A stretch of 64,000 nt of DNA from the human T2T-CHM13v2.0 reference genome, Homo sapiens, in assembly GCF_009914755.1 (NCBI RefSeq), contig NC_060930.1; one strand, given 5' to 3'. The notes under the pieces were generated by a model. The model was given only the letters and a program-made list of their open reading frames with translations. It made no database searches and was not told where the DNA came from. How positions within the stretch are numbered: position 1 is the stretch's first letter; each line of letters opens with the position of its first letter. Below, in pieces: positions 1 to 17,274 of the stretch. Made by a program: the position numbers and the translations under genes.

Positions 1-284
1 AGTACCTATTAGCATTTTTTGTAAGATTTTTTTCAATGGCAAATATACCACCTATATCTTTATAAGTTAGTCTTCCAGTAGCCATTGAATGTATGATAGA
101 AATAATCTATTATTTTCCTGAAGCTGAGTTTCTATTTCCTATTCTTGTTCAGTGAGCTCAAATATGCATATAAAGTATACATATCTGACTGCCCAAGAAG
201 GGTGCATCTTCCTGGCATTTCATTATTCTGAGGAAAAGATGTCATCAATAACCCATTATGAATTAAGAATTACATCTTTTTCTA

Positions 285-350
285 ATCTCCTCACAGTTCC
301 TGAAACATGGTGGCACTTAAATATTATTTGTTGAATGAATGAATAAATGT
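285..350 (+). mobile_element. L2 LINE 3'-end relic
   Basis: cacagttcctgaaacatggtggcacttaaatattatttgttgaatgaatgaat resembles the L2 terminus ending in (TGAA)n. Confidence 0.6.
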
Positions 351-869
351 ATAAATGACTGACAGAATGCACATGAGCAGATGGAAGACATACGTGGATT
401 TTTACTTTAAATATCAAACTCTCCTTTTCAGCCAGAGGCTATCGACTTTTTTAGAAAGTTGTTCCTTTTTTAAATTCTTAATATTTTATCATTTAATGCT
501 TAAACCAATTTTTATCTTATAGCTTCATATCCACTATAAAAACACTTCTTATTTATTATAGAAAAAAAGAAAATATGTGTAAGAGACAGAACATAGAAAT
601 CATCAATAATGCCCTTCTTCTCCCACACATAGCCAAATAATCTACAAATTAAAAAATAGCACTCAGTACTAAAAAATAGTATTCAGCATTTAAAAAGAAT
701 GACAAATTATTTCTTATCTAAAAATACAATATTAAACATACAACAAACAATTAAAATGCTCCTCTTATTTTCCAATTTGGTATTTGTTAATCCCTTATTG
801 GCAATAATATCTGCTGTGTTCTATTTATAACTTACTATGCATAATATACTGATATACTGAGATAGGTTT

Positions 870-1080
870 TTTGCAGACATGGCACTGTGTGCTCTTCATA
901 AGGACCTTTAAAGGAAGTACCATTCTCAACCATTTTTAAAAATGAGGAAACAAAGGCTTAGGAAGGTTAAACAAAGGCTTAGAAAAGTTAAACAATATAG
1001 AAGTAATTCAATTCTGACATGAGGTGCAGCTGGGATTCTAGCTTAGGCTAGTCAGATGCTAAAATCTACACTATTTCCCC
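870..1080 (-). mobile_element. MIR SINE relic with an internal 21-bp tandem duplication
   Basis: ccatttttaaaaatgaggaaacaaaggct is the reverse MIR core; aacaaaggcttag(g/a)aa(g/a)gtta occurs twice in tandem near 949-990. Confidence 0.6.
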
Positions 1081-1249
1081 ACAGTACTTGGCTATCTATA
1101 TTAAGTAGAACTACATGATATTGCCAATATTCAACGATTTTAGACATTAAAAATGGAAATTGCATCTTATTCTATTTGACACAAATATAATTCCTTTCCA
1201 TTATTACTCTAGAATCAAGTCCCATGACTTGCACAGGCATCAAAATGTC

Positions 1250-1400
1250 AGGTTAAAAGCAGGTCTGAGAGGATGGGGGGTTCAAATCCTGGCTTCCCCG
1301 GTGACTAGCTGTGAGACCCTGAGCAAATCATCTTCACTACAGGGTTATTTTTCTGTTGAAAAAAATAGCATTGCCCTTCCCTGCATACTTCATAGGAATT
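1250..1400 (+). mobile_element. MIR SINE relic
   Basis: gggttcaaatcctggcttcc...actagctgtgagaccctgagcaaatca matches the MIR B-box/core region. Confidence 0.6.
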
Positions 1401-1826
1401 CACTAAGAGAAAAATAGAATATACAAAACTGTAAAGGATATAAAACTTAAAGTGATTATTATAAACAAACCTTCTAAATAAGGAAACCAACAAGCCACAT
1501 TCCTAAGTTACAAATGTGAAAGAGGAGAATTAGAAACCAGTGTATAAGGCCCTAAAGAGCCCTCTACAGTGCTGTTTGCTCAGTTTTTGATAAGAGTGTC
1601 AAGGCCAAAGCCAATCCTTCAGAACTCTGTGGCTAGTGATTCTGATAGCAAGGATCAATAGCCTAAATGTCAACCAGATGATTCAAAGTGCTTACACAAA
1701 AATTTGGCTTTATATGCAAAACCTCATCCCCATTCCTGGAAAGAGCTCAAAGCTGTATAAGAAATTGTTATTGGTATACTATGTAAAAGCCCTAATTGAG
1801 ATTTCAAGAAGCTCCCAGCTTTCTGA

Positions 1827-2348
<522 letters not shown>

Positions 2349-3099
2349 TGATTTATACTCAAGAAGATTTTTCTTCCTTCCAGGCCTTTTGGAATGTAAG
2401 ATAACATGAGTTATCATATTTTCTAAACAATAAAGCCCGATACAAATGGAAGGAATCTTTATGATCACTTCCTGAGTTAGACATAGAAGCCACAGTTCTC
2501 TCTGTACCCTTCATCCAAGCAAGAATTTAAAGGAGAACTCAACACATAAGTTATATAAAGATTTATATTTTTTATTTCTGCTGCAATAGAAGAAGATGTC
2601 TTCAACTATTAGGTTTATATAACTAAAGAATTTGTATAGCACATTGATCCAATTTTAAATCTGGTTTGAAGTTGGCATATGAGCTTCTCTCGTTAAATAA
2701 GGTAAGCATCAAAACTCCTGCATATTTTTTTAAATTCCTAACTTGAGTCCATTTTCTCTACATGATTATTCAGAATATTTTCCACTCTATTAACATCTGT
2801 TTCATGCTTGCCTTCACTACCCTTACCAATGACCTCGCCTCCTACAGTTTCTTCTATGGTAATATCTCCCCTCCCCTACCTGTCTTCTCCTCAACTCTCC
2901 TCAGAAGAGAGTGGGAATTTCTTCTTTTCCAAAGTGGACTCTTCCACTGGGGGTTCCATTTATTTCTATATACCCTCTCTTCCTTTTCTCCTTTATCTTC
3001 ACACATTCCCTTCCCATCAGATGGAAGTCTTCCTTATCCCTAAGAAAACAAAATAAACTAGAAGCAAACAAAAAAGCAAAATAAAAAATGTACCTCCAT

Positions 3100-3690
3100 T
3101 TTATTCCCCCTTTGAGTTAACATTCCATGTTACATATTCCTTGATATCAAGCCCTTAAAAGAGTTATGGACACTCATTTCCTGAACTTCTTAGCCACGTG
3201 CTGTTAACCCTGTAATATGATTCCTATTTACCCCTTTCATGAATCTTCTAAAAGTCTTGTCTCAGAGATCTTTAATGCGCTCCTAATTACTATCTAATTA
3301 ATTTTCTCAATCGACAACCTACAGGACCTCTTGGCAGCCTAACATTGTTGATCACATCCTCCTAGATATTATCCTTATGGTTAACTCTTTGAACTATCTT
3401 AACGCTAATTCTTCCTTGACATTCTGACTCTTTTTAAAGTTTTTCCTTTCCATTTCCTCACCCCCTAGTTACTGATTTTTCTTACAGTTGCATTTTTAGA
3501 TTATGTGTATTTTCTCATTATACATAATCACACGGATTTGTACTTTAATTATCCTATTTGTACTGATCATTTCAAAATCTTTAGTTTGTCTTGGCTTCTC
3601 TCCTAAGCTCCAGATCCAAATTTCCATCTGTTTTGGACATGGTGACACATATACCACATATACTACTCCTCAGACTCAACACATGTGATT
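3100..3690 (+). mobile_element. L2 LINE ORF2 relic
   Basis: ggacctcttggcagcctaacattgttgatcac resembles the L2 RT DLSAAFDTVDH segment; ctcctaagctccagatccaaatttccatctg matches downstream L2. Confidence 0.55.
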
Positions 3691-3699
3691 AAGACGTTG

Positions 3700-4060
3700 G
3701 GTTCACTAGCAGACAGAAGACACCTCAAAATCTGACCCTACTTTTTTATAAGCTGTATTACTTTAAAGAGGAATTAGCTTCTCTGAGCCATATTTTCTCA
3801 TCTATAAGTTTGTATTTACAGATGAGAATGTGTATTTATAGATGAGAATTTATACTTACAGATGAGAATATATGGCTTGGAGAAGTTAATTCCTCTTTAA
3901 AGTAATACAGCTCATATATTATATCTATATATTATAGACAATAAAAAGGTTATGAGGATTAAATGAGATAATACATATAAAATGCTTAGTATAATGCTAA
4001 AGTCATACTCAGTGTTTAACAGATAAACTGCCACTATTATTATTATTATTATCATCACCA
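3700..4060 (+). mobile_element. MIR SINE interrupted by an inverted duplication of its own core
   Basis: MIR core ctctgagccatattttctcatctataa and MIR 3' part ggttatgaggattaaatgagataatacatataaaatgcttag...(tat)n. Confidence 0.7.
3747..3916. repeat. Inverted repeat with 63-bp arms (3747-3809 / 3854-3916) and an internal 20-bp tandem repeat
   Basis: Manual alignment gives 6 mismatches in 63 bp; tgtatttacagatgagaat-type 20-mer present three times at 3811-3870. Confidence 0.9.
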
Positions 4061-4699
4061 TCATTTTCTAGTTTGAATTTATTACAGCCCAGCTGCCTCT
4101 CCTCCTCTATTCTTCTCTCTCTGAATAGTGCAACACTCTCCCAATCATACTTTCTATAATTCTCAGAGCCTCTAGAATTCTCTAGAATCTTTATCTCTTC
4201 CCTTTTCCTCTAACAAACCCTTATCTAATCAGTCAGTACATTGTGTCAATTATTTCTCTACACTGCCTCTCATACCCACAGCTTCCTATTTATTCCAACA
4301 GAAATCGTGCAGTCCCTATTTCAGTCCTTCACCCCTGCTGCCTTGCATTATTGCAATTGACTCCTAACTGGTCTTCCTAAACCCACCGCCAACCTAACCC
4401 ACTATTACTGTCTAAACAGCAAGTGCTCTTGTTCCTCCATAATCAGACCCAAGTTCTCCTTTATCCTCTCCACCTCCTGAGCCCTCCTGTACCCACCTGA
4501 GTGTCTCTTTTCCTTCCTGGGCTTCCTGCCTTATGTTTTTGTTTACACCATACTCCTAACCTGCAAACTCCTTTCAAATCTGACTGTGGAAATGCACATG
4601 CATTTACTAGCCCACCTCCTCCACGAAGCCTTCTCCAAAGTGCTTGTGAGACACAGCAGAGACTTTCCTCTCAGTGGCCTGCAGGCCTCCCAAGCATGG

Positions 4700-5431
4700 A
4701 AATAAGGGAAAATATTGAGCTCTTTCAAGAGAAATTGCAGGTACCTAGCTAGCCTTGAGAAGTTAAGCAACTTGATAAGCATGAAGGTAAAATAGTAACC
4801 TAAAACAATAGCCAAGGAAGCTAGAATCACAAGATGTTTGGTTCCCCAATAGAGACTAAAGATAACATCTTCACATATGTCTCTGAGTTTTTTTTTCAGG
4901 AACCCAGATCCCCAACAAACAACTCGTCCCCACAGTAGACCTCAGATAAAAGGGAACTGGGGACTGAACTCTGACCGTCATTCTTTGTTCTCAGTTTCTT
5001 CCTGAGGAGCCTGAAGAAAGTCACATTCATGAACCAGAGCTAACATTCTTTTCTGCTGACCCCAAATTTTCAAGCAAAGCTTCTCTTCATTAACCAATGG
5101 CAAATCAGAAAATCTTTGAATATACCTATGACCTGTAAGCCCTCACTTCAAGATATCCCACGCTTTTAGGCCAAAACCAATGTGTAACCTCCTTATATTG
5201 ATTTATGATTTTGCCTATAATTCCTCCTTTCCTGAAATTTACCCTTGCCTTTAAAAACCCTTACCTGCAAGCCATGGAGAGGAGTGGGGTCAGGATTTAA
5301 ACACCAGCTGCCTGAACCTCTTTGCTTGGAGCCCTGCAAATAAACACCTTCCTTTCTACCGCTGCAAACCTCGGTATGGACATTTGGTCTTACTGTGCCA
5401 GGCAAGCAGACCCTGGTTCAGTTCTATAACA
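4700..5431 (+). mobile_element. ERV1 solo LTR (MER39-like)
   Basis: aaaacaatagccaaggaagctagaatcac...gataacatct motif; TATA-like tttaaaaaccc, aataaa near 5339, terminal ...ataaca; 5' boundary approximate. Confidence 0.7.
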
Positions 5432-5669
5432 CTCATAGCTAATATTACCTGAAAATAAATCAAAACCCTAAGATGTAATGACAGTATGATCTCAATTTAT
5501 ATGTGTACTTGTATATGATATGTAAACATACTGAATAGAAATAGGGCAAAATGTGAACAGTGGTCCTTTACAGGTACGATAATCTGGAGATGTGCTATGA
5601 ATCGGAGAAATTCTTATTTTGTTTTGTATTTTCTAAATTATTCAAAAGAGCTAATATTTCTATGTACTA

Positions 5670-5830
5670 ATATCTTTATATGTATTAACTCATTTAATTT
5701 TAATCAAACCCGCTGACGTATTTGCATTATTGTCCTATTATTGAGGTATATGGGGGTGAAGCAACATGCCCAGAGCCATGCATCTATCAAGAGTAGTCTG
5801 GCTCCAGACCTGTGCTCTTAAGCACTCCAC
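5670..5830 (-). mobile_element. MIR relic
   Basis: tgtattaactcatttaat and gtctggctccagacctgtgctcttaagcact match reverse MIR. Confidence 0.55.
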
Positions 5831-6329
5831 TGAATTGTACTAAGGGTTTTAATAATTGGAAAAAAAAATATTTTTAATTACCTTTTCTTCTGTCTCTGAC
5901 CTCCACCTACTCCTAACCCTGACACCACCAAGTTCCAAATTTTCCTTCCATTTCCTTCCTAGAGACCAATCTCAGCTAGGTGTTAAGAAGAAAAGCTATC
6001 TGATTAAGAAAATTTGCATGAATTGTTAATTAGTAATTGCCATCCTAAATCTTAATTGCATCTTAAAAAGGGTGCTTGTTAACATAAGTGAATCCCTAAT
6101 TAGTGGAATTTCTGTTGCTATGACTAAGCAATTATGTCTACTACTGACAGTGTGTGGAGGCGAGGAAAGTATCTTGGAAAAGAGGATTTTCTTCTTACTC
6201 CTTAAAGTTTAAGGCTGCCTCATGTACAAGGTCTCCCTCAGTCTCTCAAATTCATCCATCTTCCCACACAAGTTTGGTTTAAAGCACCAATAAGCCCTAC
6301 CCTTAGGCCTATGTAAAAGCCTATCATTC

Positions 6330-7472
6330 TGATGCTGCAGAAGCCACCAAGAACCAGGCTAAGAACCAAAGGTCACCGTTTGTGACACAGGAGTCTTCAT
6401 AGGAAATGAAGACCCAAAGAAACACTTAAACCCATATGTTTTTTTATAGTAGGTTTGATGAAGAGTGTACAGTTGCAGAGAAATATAATAGGGCAAAGAA
6501 CATGAGGTAAGTGTAATAAACAGGAGGAAATTTAGCAAGGTCTGTTTGTTCAGATTCCTCACTGTATCCCTTCATCTTCCAAGATAAAGATGCTGTTTTC
6601 CTCCAGGTATAGGGTGGGCATCTCTCACATGAGGGTCTTTTGACCTGCTTTAGAGGAAAATGGAAGAGGGAAGTCAGAGAGCTCTTCCTTCTTCTGTAAA
6701 TCCCTTCGGCTTAAAATAATTCATATGCCCAGGTGCTATATTTTTATAACTGGCAAAAGAGTCTGGCTGCTCGCTGCTTGTAGAAAGAAGCCAAAATAAT
6801 AACAAGATGTGATAGAAAGGAAGCAAAACTTTATTTTGCTAGCAAGGGGAAGAGTAGGCAAAAAAAAATTCGCCTTTAACTTGGGGAAGGAACGCAGGAG
6901 TTTTTAAAGAGAGGGTTTGGGGTGCAGAAGAGGCAGGGGTTGGGGGAGCGAGGAGGTCCCAGGTGGCATGATTTGCTCTGATGGCTCATCTTGAATGATT
7001 GTCCCCATCTGGGAAGGGGCCCATCTGATGAAGGGGCCAACACCACCATGGGCCCAACCAGGTTACAAATTAATCTCAATTAATCTTACCTTGGATCTCT
7101 AGCTGGGAGTGTGTTCTGGCCTTGAAGTAATCTTTTGTTGGAGAGAGAATTCCAGAATATCTGGTCTGTATCAGGATCCAATACCTGAAGATTCTAAGGA
7201 AAAATATGACCAGATAAGTAAGAATGGTATATGCTTAATAAACATCTACATAAATAAATGCATATAAGGTATGGGAGCATAAAGTGCCAAAGGGAAGGGA
7301 GTGGAGAAAAGAAAACATTTTGAGGCTGTAAAACACATTTGTACTTTATCTCAGAGCTACGTCTTGAAACTGGGGGGAAAGGAGGAAAGGGGGAAAAAAT
7401 TTAAAATATGATTTGAGGCTAAGCTGCTAAACTGCTCAGCTACATTTTGGGGTAGCATCTCCTGAACCCCAC
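6330..7472 (-). mobile_element. ERV1 solo LTR (MER31-like), split by a second LTR
   Basis: Reverse strand starts tggggttcaggagatgctaccccaaaat; removing 6745-7448 rejoins gtgctatattttggggtagcat; left boundary approximate. Confidence 0.65.
6745..7444 (-). mobile_element. ERV1 (MER4-group-like) solo LTR, 700 bp, nested in the MER31-like LTR
   Basis: Ends t(a)taac...ctaca (TG..CA with one change), 4-bp TSD tttt at 6741-6744 and 7445-7448, reverse AATAAA near 6830. Confidence 0.7.
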
Positions 7473-7972
7473 TGTGATGTCAACACACATAATCAAGAGG
7501 GAAATGCAATGAAAAAAATCATATTCCTTCTTCCTTCTGCCAGTTTGGAAGAGAGCTTTGTTGTATATATTCAGGAAATTTGACACAAAGGCAAGAACTT
7601 TGCTCTAATAGGCTTCTGCAGGCAGCACCAAATCTCAGTGGGAAGAGAAGGATGGCTGGATGGTGGCAAAGCTGAAAGGGAATCTCAGTCATTCTAAGAT
7701 TTTACATATCCAGTGGAGTCCCAAAGGTGGGAGGGGAGAAAATCTAGAAGCAAGTATAACCCACAGACTTGCATACCACCCCTCCCCACCCCCAAGAAAA
7801 AGGAACACCACAACAGGGGGAGCAGATGAAGTGAAGAGGTTGGACAAGCTGAAGTCACCCAGAAATTCTGAATATCTAATGCACATTTTCTCCTGGCTTA
7901 ATGTGTGACATTCATATTATCCAATAGCTTTCTGTTATTTAAAACTTTTAAGGAAGTTCATAGTGAGAACAG

Positions 7973-8410
7973 CTATGGCAGAGATACTTGCTGCTCATCA
8001 GGCATTCTTTGCTTCCCTACATTTCCCACCCCCTTGCAGTTAGGTGGAGCCACACGACTAGCTCTGGATGAGATGTTACAAGCAGAAGTGCTTTTGTCAC
8101 TGCAGGAGGAGGCACTTAAAAACCAGCATGTGATTCTTGGCTCTCCTCTCCTAACACATAGACTGAGGAATCTACACGTTCCAGATGGTCAGCTACAACA
8201 TGGCAGAGCCTCCATTACCCTGGGCCCCTGTAAGACCATGCAGAGAAGAGTCGCTTCCCCCAGTCTCCCATCCCCACATAGCTCTGACTGCCCACACTGA
8301 TATGCAGAATGGACAAAAGAGTTTTGCATAAACTTACGTTGTGTTAAGCCATTGCAATTTGGGGGCTGTTTATTACTACTGCCATGGCCTATCTAATCTT
8401 GACTGATACA
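7973..8410 (+). mobile_element. MaLR solo LTR (MLT1I/J-like)
   Basis: acatttcccacccccttgcagttagg, and a typical MLT1 end gttaagccattgcaatttggggg...tgactgataca. Confidence 0.75.
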
Positions 8411-8468
8411 GTGGTTGCTTGTGGAAACTGGCATAGATGGTCTACACATACAAAGTATGCACAAATAA

Positions 8469-8498
8469 ACACACACACACACACACAACATACACACG
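8469..8498. repeat. (CA)n microsatellite, interrupted
   Basis: acacacacacacacacac aacatacacac. Confidence 0.85.
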
Positions 8499-8599
8499 TA
8501 TATCTCACAGAAAAAAAAGTTGACTGTTGACTGGAAATTTCACCATGGAGAACCCCTTAATGAAAAGTTGCAGGTTTAAAGAGAAGACAGCCATAAAAC

Positions 8600-8810
8600 A
8601 GCAGTTCAGAAAACACGTGCTGGACAATATGGGTTCAGATGTCAATTCTTTCACATACTAGCTAAATGACGTTGGGCGTGTTGCTTAACATCTCTGGGTC
8701 TCAGTTTCCTCAACTGTAAAATGAGTACAAGAATAGCACCTACCTCAGAGATTTGTTTGGGGGGGGGCACAGAGTAAGCACTCAATAAATGCTATATATA
8801 ACTAATAATC
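8600..8810 (+). mobile_element. MIR SINE
   Basis: ttaacatctctgggtctcagtttcctcaactgtaaaatgag...gtaagcactcaataaatgcta. Confidence 0.75.
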
Positions 8811-9002
8811 TTAAAGATAATAAGAAAGGCTGAATAATAAATGCATTCCTTTAACATCTCTCTCTTACAAAAATGGAGGTAAGGCTGAAGATTTTTTCAA
8901 TAACTGATAATTATTATGATTTATCATTTATGCATCTTTTTCTTTGTTATGGCTTACATTTCCAAACTCAGAATCAACTCTCTGCTTCAAAAAAATCTAA
9001 CA

Positions 9003-9220
9003 TGACTATAGTCAATAACTTTATTATACATTTTGAAATAACTTAGAGTGTAATTGGATTGTTTGTAACTCTATGGCTAAATGCTTGAGGGGCTGGATAC
9101 CCCATTCTCCATAATGTGCTTATTTCACATTACATGCCTATATTAAAACATCTCAGTCATCATATAAATATATACACCTACTATGTACCCACAAAATTAA
9201 AAAAAATTTTAAGTACTTTT
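9003..9220 (+). mobile_element. Heavily 5'-truncated L1MA (L1MA1-3-like) 3' end
   Basis: tgactatagtcaataa...ggataccccattctccat...acctactatgtacccacaaaattaaaa; 12-bp TSD aaaaatctaaca at 8991-9002 and 9221-9232. Confidence 0.85.
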
Positions 9221-10994
9221 AAAAATCTAACAGGACCACATTTTTGGATTACAAATATTTTAGCAGCTCTTATCTTTTCTTTTATAAAAGAAGTACATCT
9301 TTTCAGAAAAAATAAGAACAAGTGATAGTGATTTGCTATGCCACTTAATGATTATTTCCAGAAAAGATTACAGCGTGTAAAAGATTGCAATAAGAAGAAA
9401 GAAAGAGTGCAGTTTCAAATAAAGGTTTGACTCTGAAATGGGGGTACCAAACATTCATAAAAGTCAGTTCTCTGACTTACTGTCACACCTCAAACCTCAT
9501 ATTTATCAAAACCTTCAGCACTGATAAAGCAATCAAAATGAAAAGAATGCAACAGTGGTCCCAAAGTTGTGTCTTATCTAGGTGTTACCCTGAACATTAT
9601 TTCAACTCTTCTTACCTTTGTGACTCTGTTTCCACATTGGAATGAGAGTGAAATGATTTTGCTTCTACCATTGTAGAAAGCTGAGAAATTGAATCAAGAC
9701 TATGTTTCCTGACGAAACTCTAACTGTAAAATTACGTTGATTGATCTTTAGGCACCAATTAAGGTGGGTATAACCTCAAAGGCACTTGGCATTCCCTGTA
9801 TCCAAAATGTCTCTCCTACTGGTAACCTCATCTTATACCATCGTAACTCACTCCTCTCCAAAGACTATTATTTTCCTCATTAATCCCCACTTATGCCCAG
9901 AAATAACTCATCATCCTTCCCACCATGCCCTCTCTAGAGCTGTACGGACTTCCAGTATCATCCTGTCATTACAGAACATCACAGAAATTGTTGTCCACAT
10001 AGTTGAATACATAGACAAAGGATTAGACCGTATATACATGATGCTAATTCATTTTGCCTATACAGCTATTTCAACACAACAGCCAGGGTCTTTTGTTTTA
10101 ATGAATTTTGTTTGAGTTCTGTTCTCTCATTAAATAGTGAGGTCCTAGAGGACAGACAGCAATTTTGTGCCATTTACCCTTGCAAGCCCTCACATTATCT
10201 AAAAAAAAGCTTTATTTGCTGAAATTAAATCATCAAGGCAGGCATAACAACTAAGTTACTCATTCAGTAACAAGTGAAGTTAGGTCCTCATTGTGTCATG
10301 TGATTTGAATATTTATTACTGATATAACCAGTATACTTATCATTAATTAGCCCAGTTCATCATTGCACTGTGATTCTGAGGCTAAGCACAGAGGTGTTCA
10401 ATTAAGCCCAATAGATCATCAAAGTATCATCAAAACTGCAATAATCATTCTGGAGAGCCAGTTTTCTGTACTACTGTACTGCTGATCTATGGATTGTGTT
10501 AAAACTGTAAATTTCCAAATTCCCATTAAAATCCTAGTTTTCATAATTGAAGTGTCAGCATCAATTTCTTAGCATCAACATTTCCACAAACCCAAAAACT
10601 TGATATCTATCTCTTTAGAAACCTAAAATATTAAAATCCCCCACAATTTTTATACGATTTTTGCCCCCTCTATCATATATAATAATTCTGCCCCTTGCAC
10701 ACACACACTGAGATACTTTCTGAAATACTGAGAAGTCACCTATGATTTGCCCTCTGTATAATCTGATATGAAAGTAATGTACAAGCAGCAATCTGGTTCT
10801 GTCTCCAGAGATTCTAAAATAATATCCAAACACCATTCACTCACAGAAACGTAATGTGCTCAGAGTTTTCTTTTTCTTTTGTTTCTTTCATGTCCTCTCA
10901 GTATTAAATGAGGAGAGACAACCCCACAAAGCCTGATTTAACCTCTCATGATACAGCTGAGTAAAGCTGCTCATTAGACTCAAAAAACAGAATA

Positions 10995-11150
10995 TTATCA
11001 CCACTAATCAGCCACAAGACCTTGGGTAACTCCTATCACATCACTGAGCCTCAGTTTCTCACCTGTAAAATCAACTGAATACCTTCCTTCTTTACTACAC
11101 AAAGGGTTTTTTTGAAGTAGACAATATTTTTGAAACACACCTCAAAAAAT
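10995..11150 (+). mobile_element. MIR relic
   Basis: gaccttgggtaac...ctgagcctcagtttctcacctgtaaaat. Confidence 0.55.
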
Positions 11151-11222
11151 AAATGGCATTAAGTGTGCAGAGAGGCAAAAAATATACCAAATTTTTTTAT
11201 TCATTAGAAGTTTAGAATTTCT

Positions 11223-14817
<3,595 letters not shown>

Positions 14818-15963
14818 TTAGAATTTCTAAATGGTGTAAACAACAATGTCTAAGATTGCTGTATTAATGAATGAATTACTCTATGAGAAGCAGGATAGCA
14901 CAATATGAACCTAGAGTAGATAAATTGTCTTCGATAATTGCTTAAAGGCCAGGGTGAGTCAGGGATGGGAGGATTGTTGACAATTAAATTTCAAAGCAGA
15001 GAGGAGATCTTGAGCTATGATTTTAAACAGAGGAGTGTCGTTTGGTAATGAATGATTGTCTCATACTTAGAGAAGATACTGGCTTTTTTTAAGCCAAGAA
15101 CCACATGGTTCAGTCTCAGCAGTATAATGAGAAAATATAGTGCAACAGTAAAATGTCATTTTAAAATTAACTCAAGTTCTTTATATACATTTCTTGAACA
15201 CTGTGAAGGGTATGTGTAGACCAAAGCAAAACTTTGTTAAAACTCTTTCTTCCTTTCTGTTTACCCCCCGCTTCTGACACTACCCTCACATACCATAACA
15301 GTCCTTGATTTAAACACTCTGGAGAACATTTTTTGTTCATCTGGGAATCATCTACCCTGGCTAGATATCACCATAAGAATATCACTCCTCCCTCCTGTCA
15401 TGAAGCTGGAGGTCCAAGCACCTGCATGCACAGCCCCCATGCTGCCACCACCAATACCACCCTCCTGCAAGTATCATTGGTCTTCAACTCCTAATAATTT
15501 GTTATGATAATTGTGATAAACATCTCCCTTGCTCTCTCCATTTCTGCAAGAGTGGGAAAAGGTTGTAGGCACTTTTATCCCATCATATTTATTTAAGGTT
15601 AGATTTAGTATAGTGGGTTTGAAGTTCTAAATATAGGGGGGAATGGAAAGGCAGAGAAAGCTAGCTTGACATTCAATGGGAAAATGTGAGCAAGCAGCCA
15701 AGGCAGGGTTGATACAAACCCAGGAGCCATGATGAAGACAGAGACCAGGGGCTCTCTAGTTTATCTGGCCACAAATGTTTGAATGGGAAGGTTACTGAAA
15801 AGTAGCCAAACCCAGTATCAGACTTCAAAATTAGGAATGAAAAAGAAATGTGTATGTGAGTTATGTTTCCTACGTCTCTTGAGCATGGGTCTTAAGAGCT
15901 TCTTCAGGAGTTCCAGCAGGGGAACCACAGACATTCAAATATTTTTAAACAAAGTATTGTGCT

Positions 15964-16030
15964 TCTCTCTCTCTCTCTCTGTTTGTGTGTGTGTGTCTGT
16001 TTGTGTGTCTGTTTGTGTGTCTGTGTATGT
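15964..16030. repeat. Compound (TC)n/(TG)n microsatellite
   Basis: tctctctctctctctctgtttgtgtgtgtgtgtctgtttgtgtgtc... Confidence 0.85.
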
Positions 16031-16034
16031 AAGA

Positions 16035-16235
16035 CTTACAAAACATTTACCATTTGCCAGGCATTATTCTTAGTACTGCAACACTATGAGAGAGTACTAG
16101 TAAGATCCCCTTTTTTCAGATGACAAAACTGAGCCACTGAAAAATTAAGTAACTGACCCAAGTGGTACAGCTGGAGGGCTCAAGCACAGGCAATCTGGCT
16201 CCAGTACCTAAGCATTTAGACACTACATTATCCTG
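16035..16235 (-). mobile_element. MIR SINE
   Basis: ccccttttttcagatgacaaaactgagcc...aattaagtaactgacccaag...caatctggctccag. Confidence 0.7.
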
Positions 16236-16805
16236 GCTCCTAATCAATGGCACTGTCTTGGGAAGGATGCAGGTAGCACAGAAACATACTTAAGGAGTAG
16301 AAAGATGAGGATATATTCAGTCTTGTTACAAAAGCCAAAGGAGTAGTAATTTCAAGGAGGAAATTACAAAATATGTCAATGTGCAGAAAGTCAAGTCAAA
16401 AAAGGCCTGGAAAAGTGTCTGTTGGATTTGACAGTCAAAGAGTAACTGTTGGCCTGTGCCGGTCCAGTTTACATGGAATAGAAGGAAATAAGCTAGAGTG
16501 TCCACAGTGCTGGAGTGTGGAGAGGTTTTACTCAGATGGGAAGAAACAGAGGAAGGAGAAATGCATTCCCTCAAGATGGAGAGTTGTAATGAGACAGAAT
16601 TTCTTCCCTTCTTTTTCTTCTCTTCTCCATTCTTAACACACTTCTAAAGAAGGAAAGACAGAATAAAATAATGGTGCAGATCATAATGAGGCTTTTAGTG
16701 GTGAGGACATGGGTACATGGAAGGCTTAAGAAAAATGCTCTGTTTGTAAGACTTTTCATTAAGGATAGACTGAAGATCGGCCTGTATCTGTAACAGAGAA
16801 GAGAC

Positions 16806-17274
16806 TGTGAAAGTTGATCATACAAATGGGGTCATTCTTGTCCTATACAACTAAAACAGAGTTGAGATGCCAGGGGCCAGGCCGCAGGGAAGCACTCAGG
16901 GCACAGAACATTACTCCAAGAATGTATTTCTCCACAAGCCTGGCTGCTGAAACTGCCTGCTGCAACCTCAAATCAGTTTTATCTAATGGCTACTGAAACA
17001 ACTGCTACAACTCTAAGACTAGTTTTACCCACAGCTGTCACTCACCAGTCAGAGCTTACTAGCCCCCAAAACTTTATTCGTGTTCATGAACTTTCTTACA
17101 AAACAATACATAACATTCTCTTTTTTATAAAACCTCCAACCTTCTATTTCTTCTTCAGACATACCAAAGACAACCTGGTCTGTGTGTATGTATGCCCCAA
17201 ATTGCAATTCTGTCTTCCCAAATAAAATGTTTTACATTTAGAGATTTGTCTCTATATTTTCTTTGACTTCAACA
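16806..17274 (+). mobile_element. ERV1 solo LTR (MER65-like)
   Basis: TG...CA ends (tgtgaaagttgatcatac...cttcaaca), tataaaa and aataaa signals, near-perfect 4-bp TSD agac/agat. Confidence 0.75.
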
